Of a stretch of 64,000 nucleotides of DNA, positions 13,522 through 26,200 are shown piece after piece. Within the stretch, counting starts at the first letter, position 1; each line of letters begins with the position of its first letter. This stretch comes from Azolla caroliniana (Eukaryota; Plantae; Polypodiophyta): NCBI GenBank assembly GCA_043228905.1, contig JBHGNT010000048.1, forward strand, positions 122,671-186,670. The letters are read 5' to 3'. The position numbers and the translations under genes were made by a program. The notes beneath the pieces were generated by a model that saw only the letters and a program-made list of their open reading frames with translations, ran no database searches and was not told the origin of the DNA.

Positions 13522-16481
13522 AGCTTCTTCCCGTATGCCCGTCCCCGCCCGTCCCCGGACAAGCTTCTGCTCTGTCCGCCCGCCCGCCCAGTGACAGCTT
13601 GCCACCACGCTTGTTCTTGCCGCTCCGCCCCCACCCGCCCTCCCGCCCAACCTTGCACCTTGTCCTTTTACTTACATTTCTGGTCGTGCACCATCGGTCG
13701 TGAACCCATTGCTCGTGGACCCATCGGGTCGTGGACCATGCTGTTCGTTCCGACCTCATCTACAACACTTATAAAGAAAAAGAAGAAGAAGAAAGACGGG
13801 CGGGCCTTCGGATCACGTTTCCTTCCATCCTTCGATCTTCTCCCTCTCGGATTCGCAAATGAGCACTTGATGTTCCATACCCGCCTCGTCTGTCCGGTGA
13901 TGAGTAACTGCGATCATGTGTGTCCGTCCGGTCTTGTTGGATACTAGGACAGAAACTAACTAATGGTGCCGGCCACGTGAGTGAACTCGAGGGCATGGGC
14001 CCAGTTCTCTGGTCGCCTCACAAATATAAGCCACCGTGTATAGTATAGCTAGCTAGCTCCATACATGTGTTACCACTTTTAGGACTTAATTCCGCGAACC
14101 CTAACAAATATTGCTGACTGCAAGAACCTTGACCGTTTTTCCGCATGCTCGAAAGGTTTACTGATCGATTATCCTTTCGGTGTTATGTTCAATTTTCTAG
14201 AGCCTTGGTCGTTGTGTTATCTCGAGCTCGGCAAACCTTGATAATCACCCGGGGGAGCTTGGACTCTGTGTTAAAAGTTATCCCTTGGCACTATTGTCCA
14301 TGTGAAAGTTGACTATGCTCAATCAACAAGCCAAAACTTGTTGTCATGTTATGCCTCGATGCAACTATTGTAAGTGTGCTAACCCAGCTAACATACCATG
14401 GCTCCTCTATCATATGACAAAGCCAACACTACCAAAAGCAATGGTCACCTTTCAGTAATTTGTCAATTTTATTTCTTAGACATATGTGTAAGAACATATT
14501 GTCTTAGTATATTGACCTACACCTCCTAGTGGTGTGATGGTTTGTACATGTATTTCCTACAATGTCTTTATTACTACTAATGTGCAAGCTACATTGATTT
14601 TGTCATAGCCGCTTTCTTATCCTTTAATATCTTCATGTTTGGAGCACTTCAATTAGAATAAGATGTTCGTGCAACATGAAGGTGCAATAAAGCACCACTT
14701 TAGGTCATGCAAAGGTACTACATGAGCCACAAGGTCTCTACTTGACTAGCCTACCAAGGATAAAGACAGCCTAGAATCAATGCATGCACACAAAATGTGA
14801 TGCAATAAAGTAAGAGTTGGGATTCACATCAAGCTACACGATGGTTTGAGTTAAAAAGGCTCACAAGTTGAACCTTTGGATGCATAGCCTTTTGCTGTCA
14901 ATTCTAGCTTGGTATCCCTCCTACCCTTACGGAAAAATAACCTCCCCATCATGAAGACCCTCTCTTTACATTCCTCGACTATGTCCTAGATGCCACATGA
15001 CACTATCTTTGAGAAGTAAATCATGCCTTGACTTCAATTTAAATGCAAAGAACAAGAAGTGTCCACCCACTTGTTTTCACAGCCGTTCCACAATATTTAG
15101 GCTTTGTATGGCTTTGTTGGTTCACAACCTCAACGCAATAGGCTGGGGACTCAACCTTCTGCATTAAATAGTGCATACCTTGATTATAGTGGCGTCAATT
15201 TCCATGTGTCCATAGTTTGGAGTGTCATTTTGGGTTTATTTATCCTATGATTTATTGGTAAAGCTTTTCGACGTGGGATTTGTCTCGTCTTCCCATATAG
15301 TTTCAACAAAAGGATCAATAGGTGGGATCATTTAGTTCTCGGGGATGGGGATGCTTATGTTGGGGACCTCGATCATGGCCAAATTCTAAATTTCGCTCTC
15401 ATGTTTTGGTACTTCATCAATCACAAGCAAGTCAAAATTCATGGCAATTTGAAATCCCTTTATTTGATTCTTTTATACTTTGAAAATATGAACTCATGTT
15501 TCCACAAGATTGATAAATGAAACACAAATCTTGAAACAAAATGCATGAGGTATTTTTATTGATTGAGAAAATGTTACATCATTGGAAAATTGAATGTAGA
15601 CTTATGTCCAAAGTCTCAAACCATCAACTTTTAGGGGATGGCCACGCTGCACTATTGCATTCATTGCCTTTAGTCGGCTTTTAGATAGAGCGGTGTTCAC
15701 AATAGTTTTGTTCACACCACAAATATTTCCATAAAGTCTTGGAGTTGCATTGGCAGTCCTGGTAATCAATCATATTTATCGACATCATAACAAAAGAAAC
15801 TAGTTCTTTTCAAGCATTGAACATGCTGTATGATGAAGCACATTTTGTGCAATGATTGCTTTTATCACGGCATCATATCCCATGCCTAGGGAAAATCTAT
15901 TCCTCCTAGGATTGTGAGTGTATCTACACTTACTAACGTCAAAGGCCGAGTAATATGGTAAGACATGAACTTTCTTTGTTCAAACACCCAACTTTTTGTG
16001 TTGCTCCAAACTTTTTGCCTTGGTATTTGTGTAAAAAAATCTTACCTCATTGTTCGAAATAAGGGACACTTGCATAGAAAGTATAGTATCTCAAGGTATA
16101 GAAATCCTAAGGAGAGAAATAATTTTTGTCAAGGCTTAATTCTATATTGGCCATCAATTCATGTGTGCAATACACTAAAATACTACTTCTTGCATATCTT
16201 GTCTAGATCTTAAGAAAAAGGAACTTAGTACAAGCTCATGAACTGCATGCAATCATGCATATGCAATTATTGTATAGCAATGCATAGTTAGTAGTACAAT
16301 GAAAATGTTTATTGATATTTAAGAATAATAAGGATAAGAACACTAACAATAATGTGGAATTTCATTCAAGAACTCAACTAGTGTGCTACAAGTGGAATAC
16401 CCCTTATACGACAAATTTCTTTGTAAGATATTGAATCTCTTTTCTCACAATCTTGTTTCTCGGTACTCAGACTTATCATGA

Positions 16482-17068
16482 AAAGCATCCAAGGACTCAC
16501 AAATGAGAACAATCAGTGTCATCAAAGAGCATACAAATGAACATGGAACATGAAACCAAAATTCTAATCTTGTCAACATAATTAAGGAGCTAGAGAACTC
16601 CTTACATAACGAGCAATAGCTTAAGAGAAAATTTAGGATCAGACAACATCAATATATCACATCAACTATCCACACCACTTGAACTTCATTCCAAGTTGAA
16701 GTTAGATAGGTGACTTGTTATTATTATTTTTGCCTTCATGACTACTTGTCCAAGTTCGTATGGTTTCCAAAAGCCTTTATCGAGAAAATCATCCAAGGAC
16801 TCACAAATGAGAACAATCAGTGCAATCAAAGAGCATACAAATGAACATGGAACATGAAACCAATTTTCTAAGCTGCTCAATATAATTAAGGAGCTAGAGA
16901 ACTCCTTACATAACGAGCAATAGCTTAAGAGAAAATTTAGGATTAGACAACATCAATACATCAAGTCAACTGGCCACACCACTTGAACTTCATTCCAAGT
17001 CCAAGTTAGATAGGTGAATTGTTATTATTATTTTTGCCTTCATGACTACTTGTCCAAGTTTGTATGGT
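16482..17068. repeat. Tandem duplication, about 303 bp unit
   Basis: CATCCAAGGACTCACAAATGAGAAC...ACTACTTGTCCAAGTT occurs twice back to back. Confidence 0.88.
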
Positions 17069-19217
17069 CTACTTACACTCAGACAGTCTCATACTTTTCC
17101 TTACTACAAAACAACAACAATAATGTATCACTAAAATGTAATGGTATTTATGACTTTTGAACCAATGATGTAAAGAGGTGATACAACAGATACAATAGTG
17201 AAATTCGAGCAACATTTATGAAATCAAAACCTTTTTCGACATTCAAAAATAGTAAATGAGCTAATATAACAGTGAAATCCTCGTAGCATTTATGAATATC
17301 AAACACAATTTGACATTATAGACACTTTAGGGGGTATAAATCAAAGTCGAACCCTTTTTGCATAGTTACATCTATTATCAGGTTGAGACCTTTGAATGCC
17401 ACACAATATCGATAGACTTAGCTTGCATGAACTCACTCATCAACCTCTTGAGCTTCAAGCAAATGCAACCTAACATTTGGACCTCAATTATAGTTCCCAA
17501 AAACATACAATTAAGTCTTAATAGTTTATGACTATTGGAAAATGTATGCATCCTCACCTCTATGGTGTAAAACATATTCAAACTTCTTGTAATCAGAACC
17601 TAGAAACCAATAAAATGGTAAAGCATGCATGGAGACATTCTTGTCATGTTATTGTGCTAGTTGACATGGCGTAAGATCACATGAACAAGAAATTGTAGAT
17701 GCATCACCTAACCATGGATGTATATAGCATGCTAGTTGCTATAAATAGGGGAATTATGAGAACTGAAGCTGTTATGGGTCTATTAACTATTGTGGTGTAT
17801 TCGGAAATAGGTCATGACCACTTCTAGCATATACTAGTCATCTATTGTAAATATGAGTGTCGTCACCTTTGTAAAAAATAATTGCTTTTACATATTTGAG
17901 ATTGACATAAAGTCATACATTGACAAACGAAATAACATACTATGATATTTTTATGCTTTAAATGTTGTTTGGAGAGCGAAATTAGTAGTCAAGCTTGAAG
18001 AAAAGTGACTACCGCTTCCTCCTACAATAATATTAATTATGTCTTTGTTTCTCTTTGTGAATGTGTATAGATCATGATGATGATAATACAATGCAGAGGA
18101 AGAATCCATATCCACCATCGAATTTTGGAGTAAACAATGAAATAATGGTATCCTCTAGTATTGTAACTTGGTTGTACATACTATTCGTGCAACAATCATG
18201 TGAGATCTTTAGATAACTAGGCAAATTTTTTGTTATTGTTATTCAATTGTTGGAAATAGATTGGGTCTTTAGGCCAAAATTGATTAAATGCGTTTTTTCC
18301 GCATCCCCTTATATGGAGGCATTGGTTTGGATGTGAGTAAATTGTGCCATAAACTTTAGTAGAGATTTACCTATCTAAGTGATGTGGACACTAGATGATT
18401 ACATGTCATCTTTAATTGGATTGGAAATCAGGCAACAACTTTTTTTAATACAAGAAAGGGCCTATTGAAATGCCTGCACAAAATTGCTTCATCTAGGAAT
18501 TTTGAGTTTTAAGACTAAAATATGATGCTTTGAACATTATGGATATCTAAATATTGTGCCTATCTTTATAAAGTCGTGATGCTTTGTATATTACGATTAT
18601 ATATATGATGCCTCCTAAACAAATCCTCATTGTCTTTACATAAAAAACGTATGTACAACTATTGGCAATCACTCTTTCAAGTTTGTGAGCTTCTTGAAAC
18701 GTCAATGTCACATAGGGAACACTTATGAGCCCCTACCCTTCGATGGTTCATGTCAATCAATCTATTTCTCCTATTAAAAGAGTATGATCGACGTAAAGTG
18801 ACAGGTTGGGATTGGATGGGATATCAAAATGAATGGTATCCATTTAAGATCCTCCCAATTTGAAAAATATTGCATGAAATCATTGTCAAAAAGCACAATG
18901 TGAAAGCATTGTCTTTATAAATCATATAAGAAATGATAGAAAGTCCCCATCTAGACGATCTAACAAATAATTGCATGTAGATTCATAATAAGTGTACCGA
19001 ATTTGTTGATCAAACAAATAAATGCGTTCCGTTTCATGAAACATGTGTCACATTTACTTAAACAACCCTTAAATGGATGATAACATATGTATTTGATGCC
19101 TAAGAAACTCTATACTAATCAATAAAAGAATCGAGGAGAAACAAAGATTGGGCTCGATGATTGGTTAATCAAAGGGTGATGAAAGATCTTATGAAATACC
19201 ATGAAAAGAGCATATGT

Positions 19218-19919
19218 TGTTGGGAGACAGGTCCCTCCGGATGGGAAGGGAGAAGAATAGTGCCGATGAACAAACTTGGCCGAGGCCGAAACCGGATGAC
19301 GAGTACCCGGCTACGGAGAGCCGGATGGTGCAGACCCGGTGAAGACCGGATGACGAGTACCCGGCTACGGAGAGCCGGATGGTGCAGACCCGGTGAGAAC
19401 CGGATGAGGAGTACCCGGCTACGGAGAGCCGGATGGTGCAGACCCGGTGAGGAATGCTCACCGGATGAAGAGACATATTCGTAAATATGTTTCTAAGAGT
19501 CCATCGAGGCTATATTTGTAAATAGCCGAAAAGTCATATTAGTATAAATATGACTTAGGGCAAACTTTTAGTAACTGTTGTTATTTTCTTGTCTGCGTGA
19601 GATCAGAGTGCGTAACTGGGTACAGAGAGAGTGAGAGAGAGGAATAGGTCGTTGCCTCAGTTGTAACCACCGCTTGTGGCGAAGATTGTGAGCACGAGGT
19701 CGTTGCCTTCGTGAACTCGCTGTTGTACATTCTAATATAGTGATAGTTTGCAGCCTGTGGGCTGCCGTGGTTTTTCCCTTAGTTTGGGTTTTCCACGTAA
19801 ACATCCTGTGTACTCTTCTCTTCTTCGCATCGTGCTTTCTTTCCTGTTTTTTTTCTGTGTATGATTCTAAGCTCAGTTGTGGCCGAGCGTTGCGTATAAG
19901 GAGCCTTGAGTTCCCGACA
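19218..19919 (+). mobile_element. Solo LTR (copia-type) with three internal 54-bp tandem repeats
   Basis: TGTTGGGA...TCCCGACA, TSD TATGT, TATA near 19543, GGGTTTTCCACGTAAA motif common in copia LTRs. Confidence 0.88.
19291..19452. repeat. 3 x 54-bp tandem repeat inside the LTR
   Basis: ACCGGATGACGAGTACCCGGCTACGGAGAGCCGGATGGTGCAGACCCGGTGA starts at 19291, 19345 and 19399. Confidence 0.95.
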
Positions 19920-22900
19920 TATGTATACGTACAGTCCTTTGAAAGATGGACATTGTTCATTGACCTGGACTTATTCTAGAGTTGATTTTGTTCATGAAAT
20001 GCAACTTTTAGACATTAAGTTTGTACTGATTGCTCCATTCCTAAATTTTATGTGTTTGGTAGCATGATGATGATGAGAGGATGGACAATAAACACAAAAA
20101 CAACTACGCAATGTGGAACAAAGGTTGACCAATAGAGTTTCTCCTATGCACGAGAGTGATGGAAATCAAGCTCATCACCAATTCTTTGAAGTAACATAGA
20201 TTAAAGAATCGAGACATATGTACAAACGTTTAAAACAAGCAGAAAATAGTTGTCACACCATAATCTCTTGCTAAAGGAAAATAGATATCCCAGTTTTTGC
20301 ACTAAGAACATAGTTGTACTAATAATTGCATTACCCTATGGATATGCCACAAAATTACAATTAATGATTAGAAAGGAACTAGACATTGGTTTTGTAATTG
20401 ATTAACTTATCCCCAAAATAACAATTCAACATATGTACAATTCCATGAATTTCCTCGAGATAGTCATATTTTATGTGATTAAATTTAAAAAGTTCATATT
20501 AAGGAGGTGCGGAGGAGATGGATGGTGCATGCTAAATTGATGGTCGTTGGTTTTTATGTTGTGAGTATTTTATGATTGTTTACATTTTGTGCTCAATGAC
20601 GAACTTTCTGTTTAGTTGAAATAAGATGAAGAACTTCACTTCAATGCAAATATGAGTATGCATAATCCTTTGTTCCATGGTAGCAACTTTTATAGCCCTA
20701 CATATTAAAATATGTGGTATGTGTGTGTAAATATTTAAGATGTAGCCAATACGCAATTGTTCTTTCACATGAACCTATTGAACCGATGGTTTGGACTTAA
20801 TCTTCAACCACCTTAGGCTTATGTGGACCCAAGAGAGCCACGATGTTTAAGATTGATATGGTCATTGTAATTTGTCAAGAGGCAAAATGTAGTCTAGAAA
20901 TGAGAAAAATGTGTGCAAGAAATATATTCTATAGAGCCTTCTGATAATGGGTATCATTCAAGCTCAGAATTTGTTTTGTTATTTAAAGTTAGAATATGGC
21001 ACATATGTTAGAGGCATGAACGATTTGCTCTTGTAGAATCAATATAGCCCCTACTATAACCATATACTAGTCTTGTGTGACTTGTCATATGTATAGTGAG
21101 CTTGTGAAAGAGTTATTATACTTTGTTTGTGGGACATCCTCAAGGAGAACTCCATCTTTGTGGGTGAGAAAGAGAGAGAGTGGACCATGGTAAGTGATGT
21201 AGAGAGAGAGATAGAGGGAGAGAGGCGTAAGAGGGGATTTGGGCTAGATCTCATCTATTATGCTACGAAGATGGTAACCACACTATAGGCATTAAATCAT
21301 GGTTATGGATCACATATCATCTAATGAAATGAATGCAAAGCTCCAAAGGAAAACAACAATTTTGATCCCCACATTCAACATGAAGGCAATGCCCATGGTT
21401 CGAACTAGAAAGAAACAAGTTGGCTTCATCTTCCCCATTCAAGTACTCACAAATTCAAAAGAGGTAGAGAAGTAATCAAACAAATTTAACAAGCTCAAAA
21501 ATTTGTGGTGATATAGTAGGTTCAAACCTTGTGAATATAGAAGCGTTTATACATATTGGGGAGCCAAATGCATGCATGCAATTTATCACCATTGATCTCA
21601 ATTAGACACTCTCTTCATATGTGTATTCCTTATTGGATTCTAAACTTGGTAGTAGCAACTAAACACAATGGTCACAATATTTGCCAGATTTAATCTAGAA
21701 CCATATGGCACAAGTTGACAATAGCCATGTAGAAATTATTGGATTTAATCAAAGGCCGTCTTCCCTCTCAAGAGGATTCATGTATTCTCAAGCTCTAGAA
21801 AGCACAATGGAAACAACAAAACCCACTCCAATTTTCATCTTTTGGGAGAGAGTTACTCTGAACCCTACTCCAACATAAGGAAGTAATCTCATGGGCTTGG
21901 TCGTGCCTCACTATTTGGAAAAGAATACCATAAGTTATATTATGCAATTTTGTTGTGTCTAGGCTTAGAACAATAAATTTAAGATCACAATACCGAAAAA
22001 GCATTAACGCTCCCTAAAAAGGACTAGTGGGGTATCTAATTTCATTTCATCTCCCAACCTTCACATCTAAGTGTTGGCATTGGCCAAAACAAAGTGCCTT
22101 TGTTGTTCTTTTCGATCTCTTCGCTTTCCACCTCCAACAAAATTTCCCTCTACCCCTGCCATAATCTAGCTTGATATTCTTGTCTAGCCTAGTGTTTTTT
22201 TGTTCTTTTCTAAGCTTGAGCCCTATGATATGACGACTAACAAGAGACTTAATGAGTCACGTATAGACTCTTTTCCCCAATCATCTTGAATAACTCTAGG
22301 ATCGCCTACCTTACCATGACTGTTTGACATTATTAGATAGTATAACAAGGAGGTCTTTGGTTAAAATCGAGGCCACTCTCTTTTAATTGACAACCCATCA
22401 AATGTGTGCTCCTAAGTTTTATGCCAACACTAAAGAAATAGGTCTTTCAAGGAGAATCCATGCCTAATATGTTACGTTTATGAAGATATATATTTCTAGG
22501 TTGAAAAGATTATATATGACATTTGATGGGACTAACTAATACACTTTTTTGTTTTGTTTTTTTTCCATTACAACATGTTCCTAGCTTGAAAGAGATTATA
22601 CTATGACATTTGATGTGACTAAGTATTAAAGTTTTTCTTTGGCTTCCTTTATTATGAGTAAAAATGACCTTCAACCTAAACAAAAACCAATAAAACCATA
22701 AACTTAATGTATAAGGCTCAAGTAAGCACACACCTAATACTATATCTTAGAAAACGAAACAAGATGCATATTATTATGATAGGCATTCGAGTTAAAATGA
22801 CACGGTGTTTTAAGATTAATGATGATGAGCCAAATGAAAAAATAATGCGAGTGTGACGAGTCAAATAATGTAAGCAACACAAATTTCAAGATGAATAACG

Positions 22901-23228
22901 TAAGCTTAGATCCGAGAAACTAAAAAACAATTATGCATAACACAAACAAAATGTTTATATTTATGTAATCAATTTTGTAAGGTGTTTATAACTTTAGGAA
23001 GAATGAAAAAAGGAATTTGCTTGAGCACACTGATCTCTAACAAATTAGGTTAGTACCCATGAAGAGGAGAAAATGCGTATCCATAATGATTGTTATATTC
23101 CCAAGGTCAACCTCTCATATTTATCACAGTTACACAAATTCTCCTATCACCCATGTTTATATAACATATTCAAGTTTGAGTTCAGGTAGTTTGAATAATT
23201 GTTATCTCCATAGCTACTTATTGACCTT

Positions 23229-26200
23229 TGTGAATGTTAACGTGCGGAAACGTTAGACAGAACCGGCTCAGTCGGATAGCAACAGAGAATAAGATAAGTT
23301 TAATGGAGAAGCTTAATACACAGAGAGTATACGTGGGAGAGACAGAGAGAGAGCAAAACGTGAACGTAGATTCAAAATAATCACAAAACACTTTGTAACT
23401 CTTTACATCCAACGTGCTAAACAACACTATTTATACAAGTCCTCAAAAGGACTGACAGAAGTACTATGTACTTCAATGCTCATACGAGCGACTGACAGAA
23501 GTACTGTGTACTTCAATGCTCATACGAGCGACTGACACTAACTACGAGACAATGGTTACCTAGTAGTCTAGGCTTCCAGTCGCACTCGAATCCGACTCTC
23601 CGATACGTCTCCCCAATCCGGCCTGTTGTTTTCGGATACCATCCGGATACCGATCCGGCTCATCCTTTCGGATGCCGATCTGGATCCGGTTGAGCTTGCT
23701 TGCTCAACACTCCCCCTCAAGCTCAACTTGAGGTCGGATCGTGGTGTTCGTGTCTGTGGCAGACGGTTCTGCTACCTGGCTCCTTCTAGCATCGCTCCGC
23801 CTTGCTCGCGCTCCTCGTCCGGTCATGTCCTATTTGCCGCGACTCTTCTGGTTCTACGCACCTCGACCTCCTCAGTCGGCTTGTGTGCTCAACAGGACCA
23901 TTTCAGCTCCCTCGTTGTTGCGACTCCGGCACTTGTCGACTTGTCGGTTCCATCGTGTTGGCGTCGACTTCCGCTGCGTCTGTGTCCGCTTGGCCTATAG
24001 TTGATCCGGCTCCGCCGAATCCAACTGTTGAAGCAAATCGGTGGTCTCCGATTCCTTCCCACTCTTGTCCGAATTGGTGTTCTCCAACTTGTCTTCCGGT
24101 TTTAGGCCCTTCACCACATCATACCATGTCTAGGTCTTGGCCTTCTCCTTCCCGTCGACTCTATCCTTCTTGACTCAGCCGTCGCTTCCGCTCGTTCTAA
24201 CTTGTTCGGATGTGCCGACTTCCTTCGTCGACCCGGCTTCCTTTTTCCTCTTGTCTCCCCCTTTGTTGGTTCTTCCCTTTCCGGTTCCTTGTCCAGTGCT
24301 GTCAACAGTTTCTTTGCCTTTGCTCGTTCTCCCCCTCAAGTGCGGCACGTCAAGATGTTGAACACCAAGCATTTCCATGAAGTGCTGCAACTTGTCTGAT
24401 CCGAGCGGTTTGGTGAAGATGTCGGCAACCTGCCGATTCGTCTGAACATACCGGTGTTCGACTTCACCGCTCAGGACCCGCTCAAGTGCGGCATGTCGCA
24501 ATAGATTAGGATTGGGGTCGGCACCTCGATCCGGAGATCTCACAGTAGTCGCCGAAGCCAGATGGCTTCATAGGTGGCATTGGTAGCGCCCCGGTACTCA
24601 GCCTCAATGCTTGACAGAGCCACTATTGGCTGCTTTTTGCTGCTCCTTGCAACAGTCGCGCTACCTAGAGAAAACATGTAACCTGAGGTGGATCAACGAT
24701 CCGATGCATCACCAGCCTAGTCAACATCTGTGTATCCGACTAACTCTTTAGTTATACCATGCCGGTATAACAATCCCCGGTCCTTCGTGCTGCTCACATA
24801 CCGCAATATTCGATGCGCCCACTGAAGGTGCTCCATGTTGGTTCTACATGAATTGGTTGATCACACCGACCGGATAACTGATGTCGGATCGGGTGATTGT
24901 CAAGTATATCAGGCTTCCGACTATTTGTCGGAGTTGTTTCTCATCGCAGGCTGGTCCGGAGTTGGGACGAAACTTCTGGTTCCGGTCCAGGGGTGTGGAG
25001 ATAGGTCGACATTTCGTCATGCCGAACTTGTACAACATATTCAACACATAGTGTCATTGTGAGAGAAATATGTCGTTGGGGGTTCGGATCACCTCGATCC
25101 CAAGGAAATAATGAAGGTCCCCCATATCCTTCATCTCAAATGCGTTCGACAGTTGGGCCTTGACACGGTTGATTTCATTGAGTCTGGGTCCGGTGATGAC
25201 TAAATCATCTACATAAAGTAAGATGCAAACCGGACCGTTCGGACCTTGCCGGATGAACAACGATGCGTCGTATTTAGAGGTCACAAACCCCATCTTATGC
25301 AACCAGTTCGTGATCTTCACATTCCAAGCTCGGGGGGCTTGTTTCAGACCGTAAAGCGACTTCTTCAACCGGCACACCCCCGACTTGTTCATCTCCGACT
25401 GAAACCGGGAGGTTGGATCATATAGACCTGTTTTTCAAGGTCACCTTGAAGAAATGCATTCTTCACGTCCATCTGGTGAAGATGCCACCCCCTTGTCGTA
25501 GCAACCACCAGTACCACATGAACCGTCGTCATCTTCACTACCGAAGCGAAGGTCTCGTCGTAGTCGATTCCGTGGGTCTGTGCATATGCCTTCGCCATTA
25601 ACCGGGCCTTGTACTGGTTAACCGAACCGTTAGCATTGTACTTTACCTTATACACCCATTTGCAACCGATCGGTTTATAGTGTCGGGGAGGGTCAACGAG
25701 GTCCCATGTGTCGTTGGCATCGAGTGCCCTCATTTCTTCCTCCATAGCAGCACGCCAATTTGCGTCCTTTGCCGCTTCTGCATAGCTCTCCGGTTCACAC
25801 ACTTTAGCCACTTTGGTCATGTACGCATAGTGATGCGCCATGTACTCATTGTACTCGTACCGCGTAACGGGGTTCTTCTGGCGAGAAGACCGGGATAACT
25901 TGTCATCACCCGGTTTGGGGCCCTTCTTGGCTGGTTCGGACTTCGTTCCCAAAGAAACGCCTTCATCCTTTCTGGAGTCATATTCGCTATGATCCGACTC
26001 AACGTTGCCGTCTTCGTATTCCGACATTTTCTGCTTCCCTTTCTCTGTGCACGTGAACCATTTGCTCGGTTCCTTGCGCGGGGAGAGCACGGCAGAGTGT
26101 CCACTACTCACTGGTTCTTCATCTGACTGTTCATCCCGACTCAGCTGCTAATTTGGTCCACATAGCCAGAATGAGATCAGACTCTTGTCTAGAGTGCCGA

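Noticed and set aside
11793-13759. Antisense ORFs of 98-188 aa over the RING-vWA gene
   Set aside because: These are shadow frames of a GC-rich coding region and trinucleotide repeats, with no recognisable domain.
19161-19484. ORF with an 18-aa repeat, or a CRISPR-like array
   Set aside because: It comes from a 54-bp head-to-tail repeat without spacers inside a TSD-flanked LTR, and the ORF crosses the LTR boundary.
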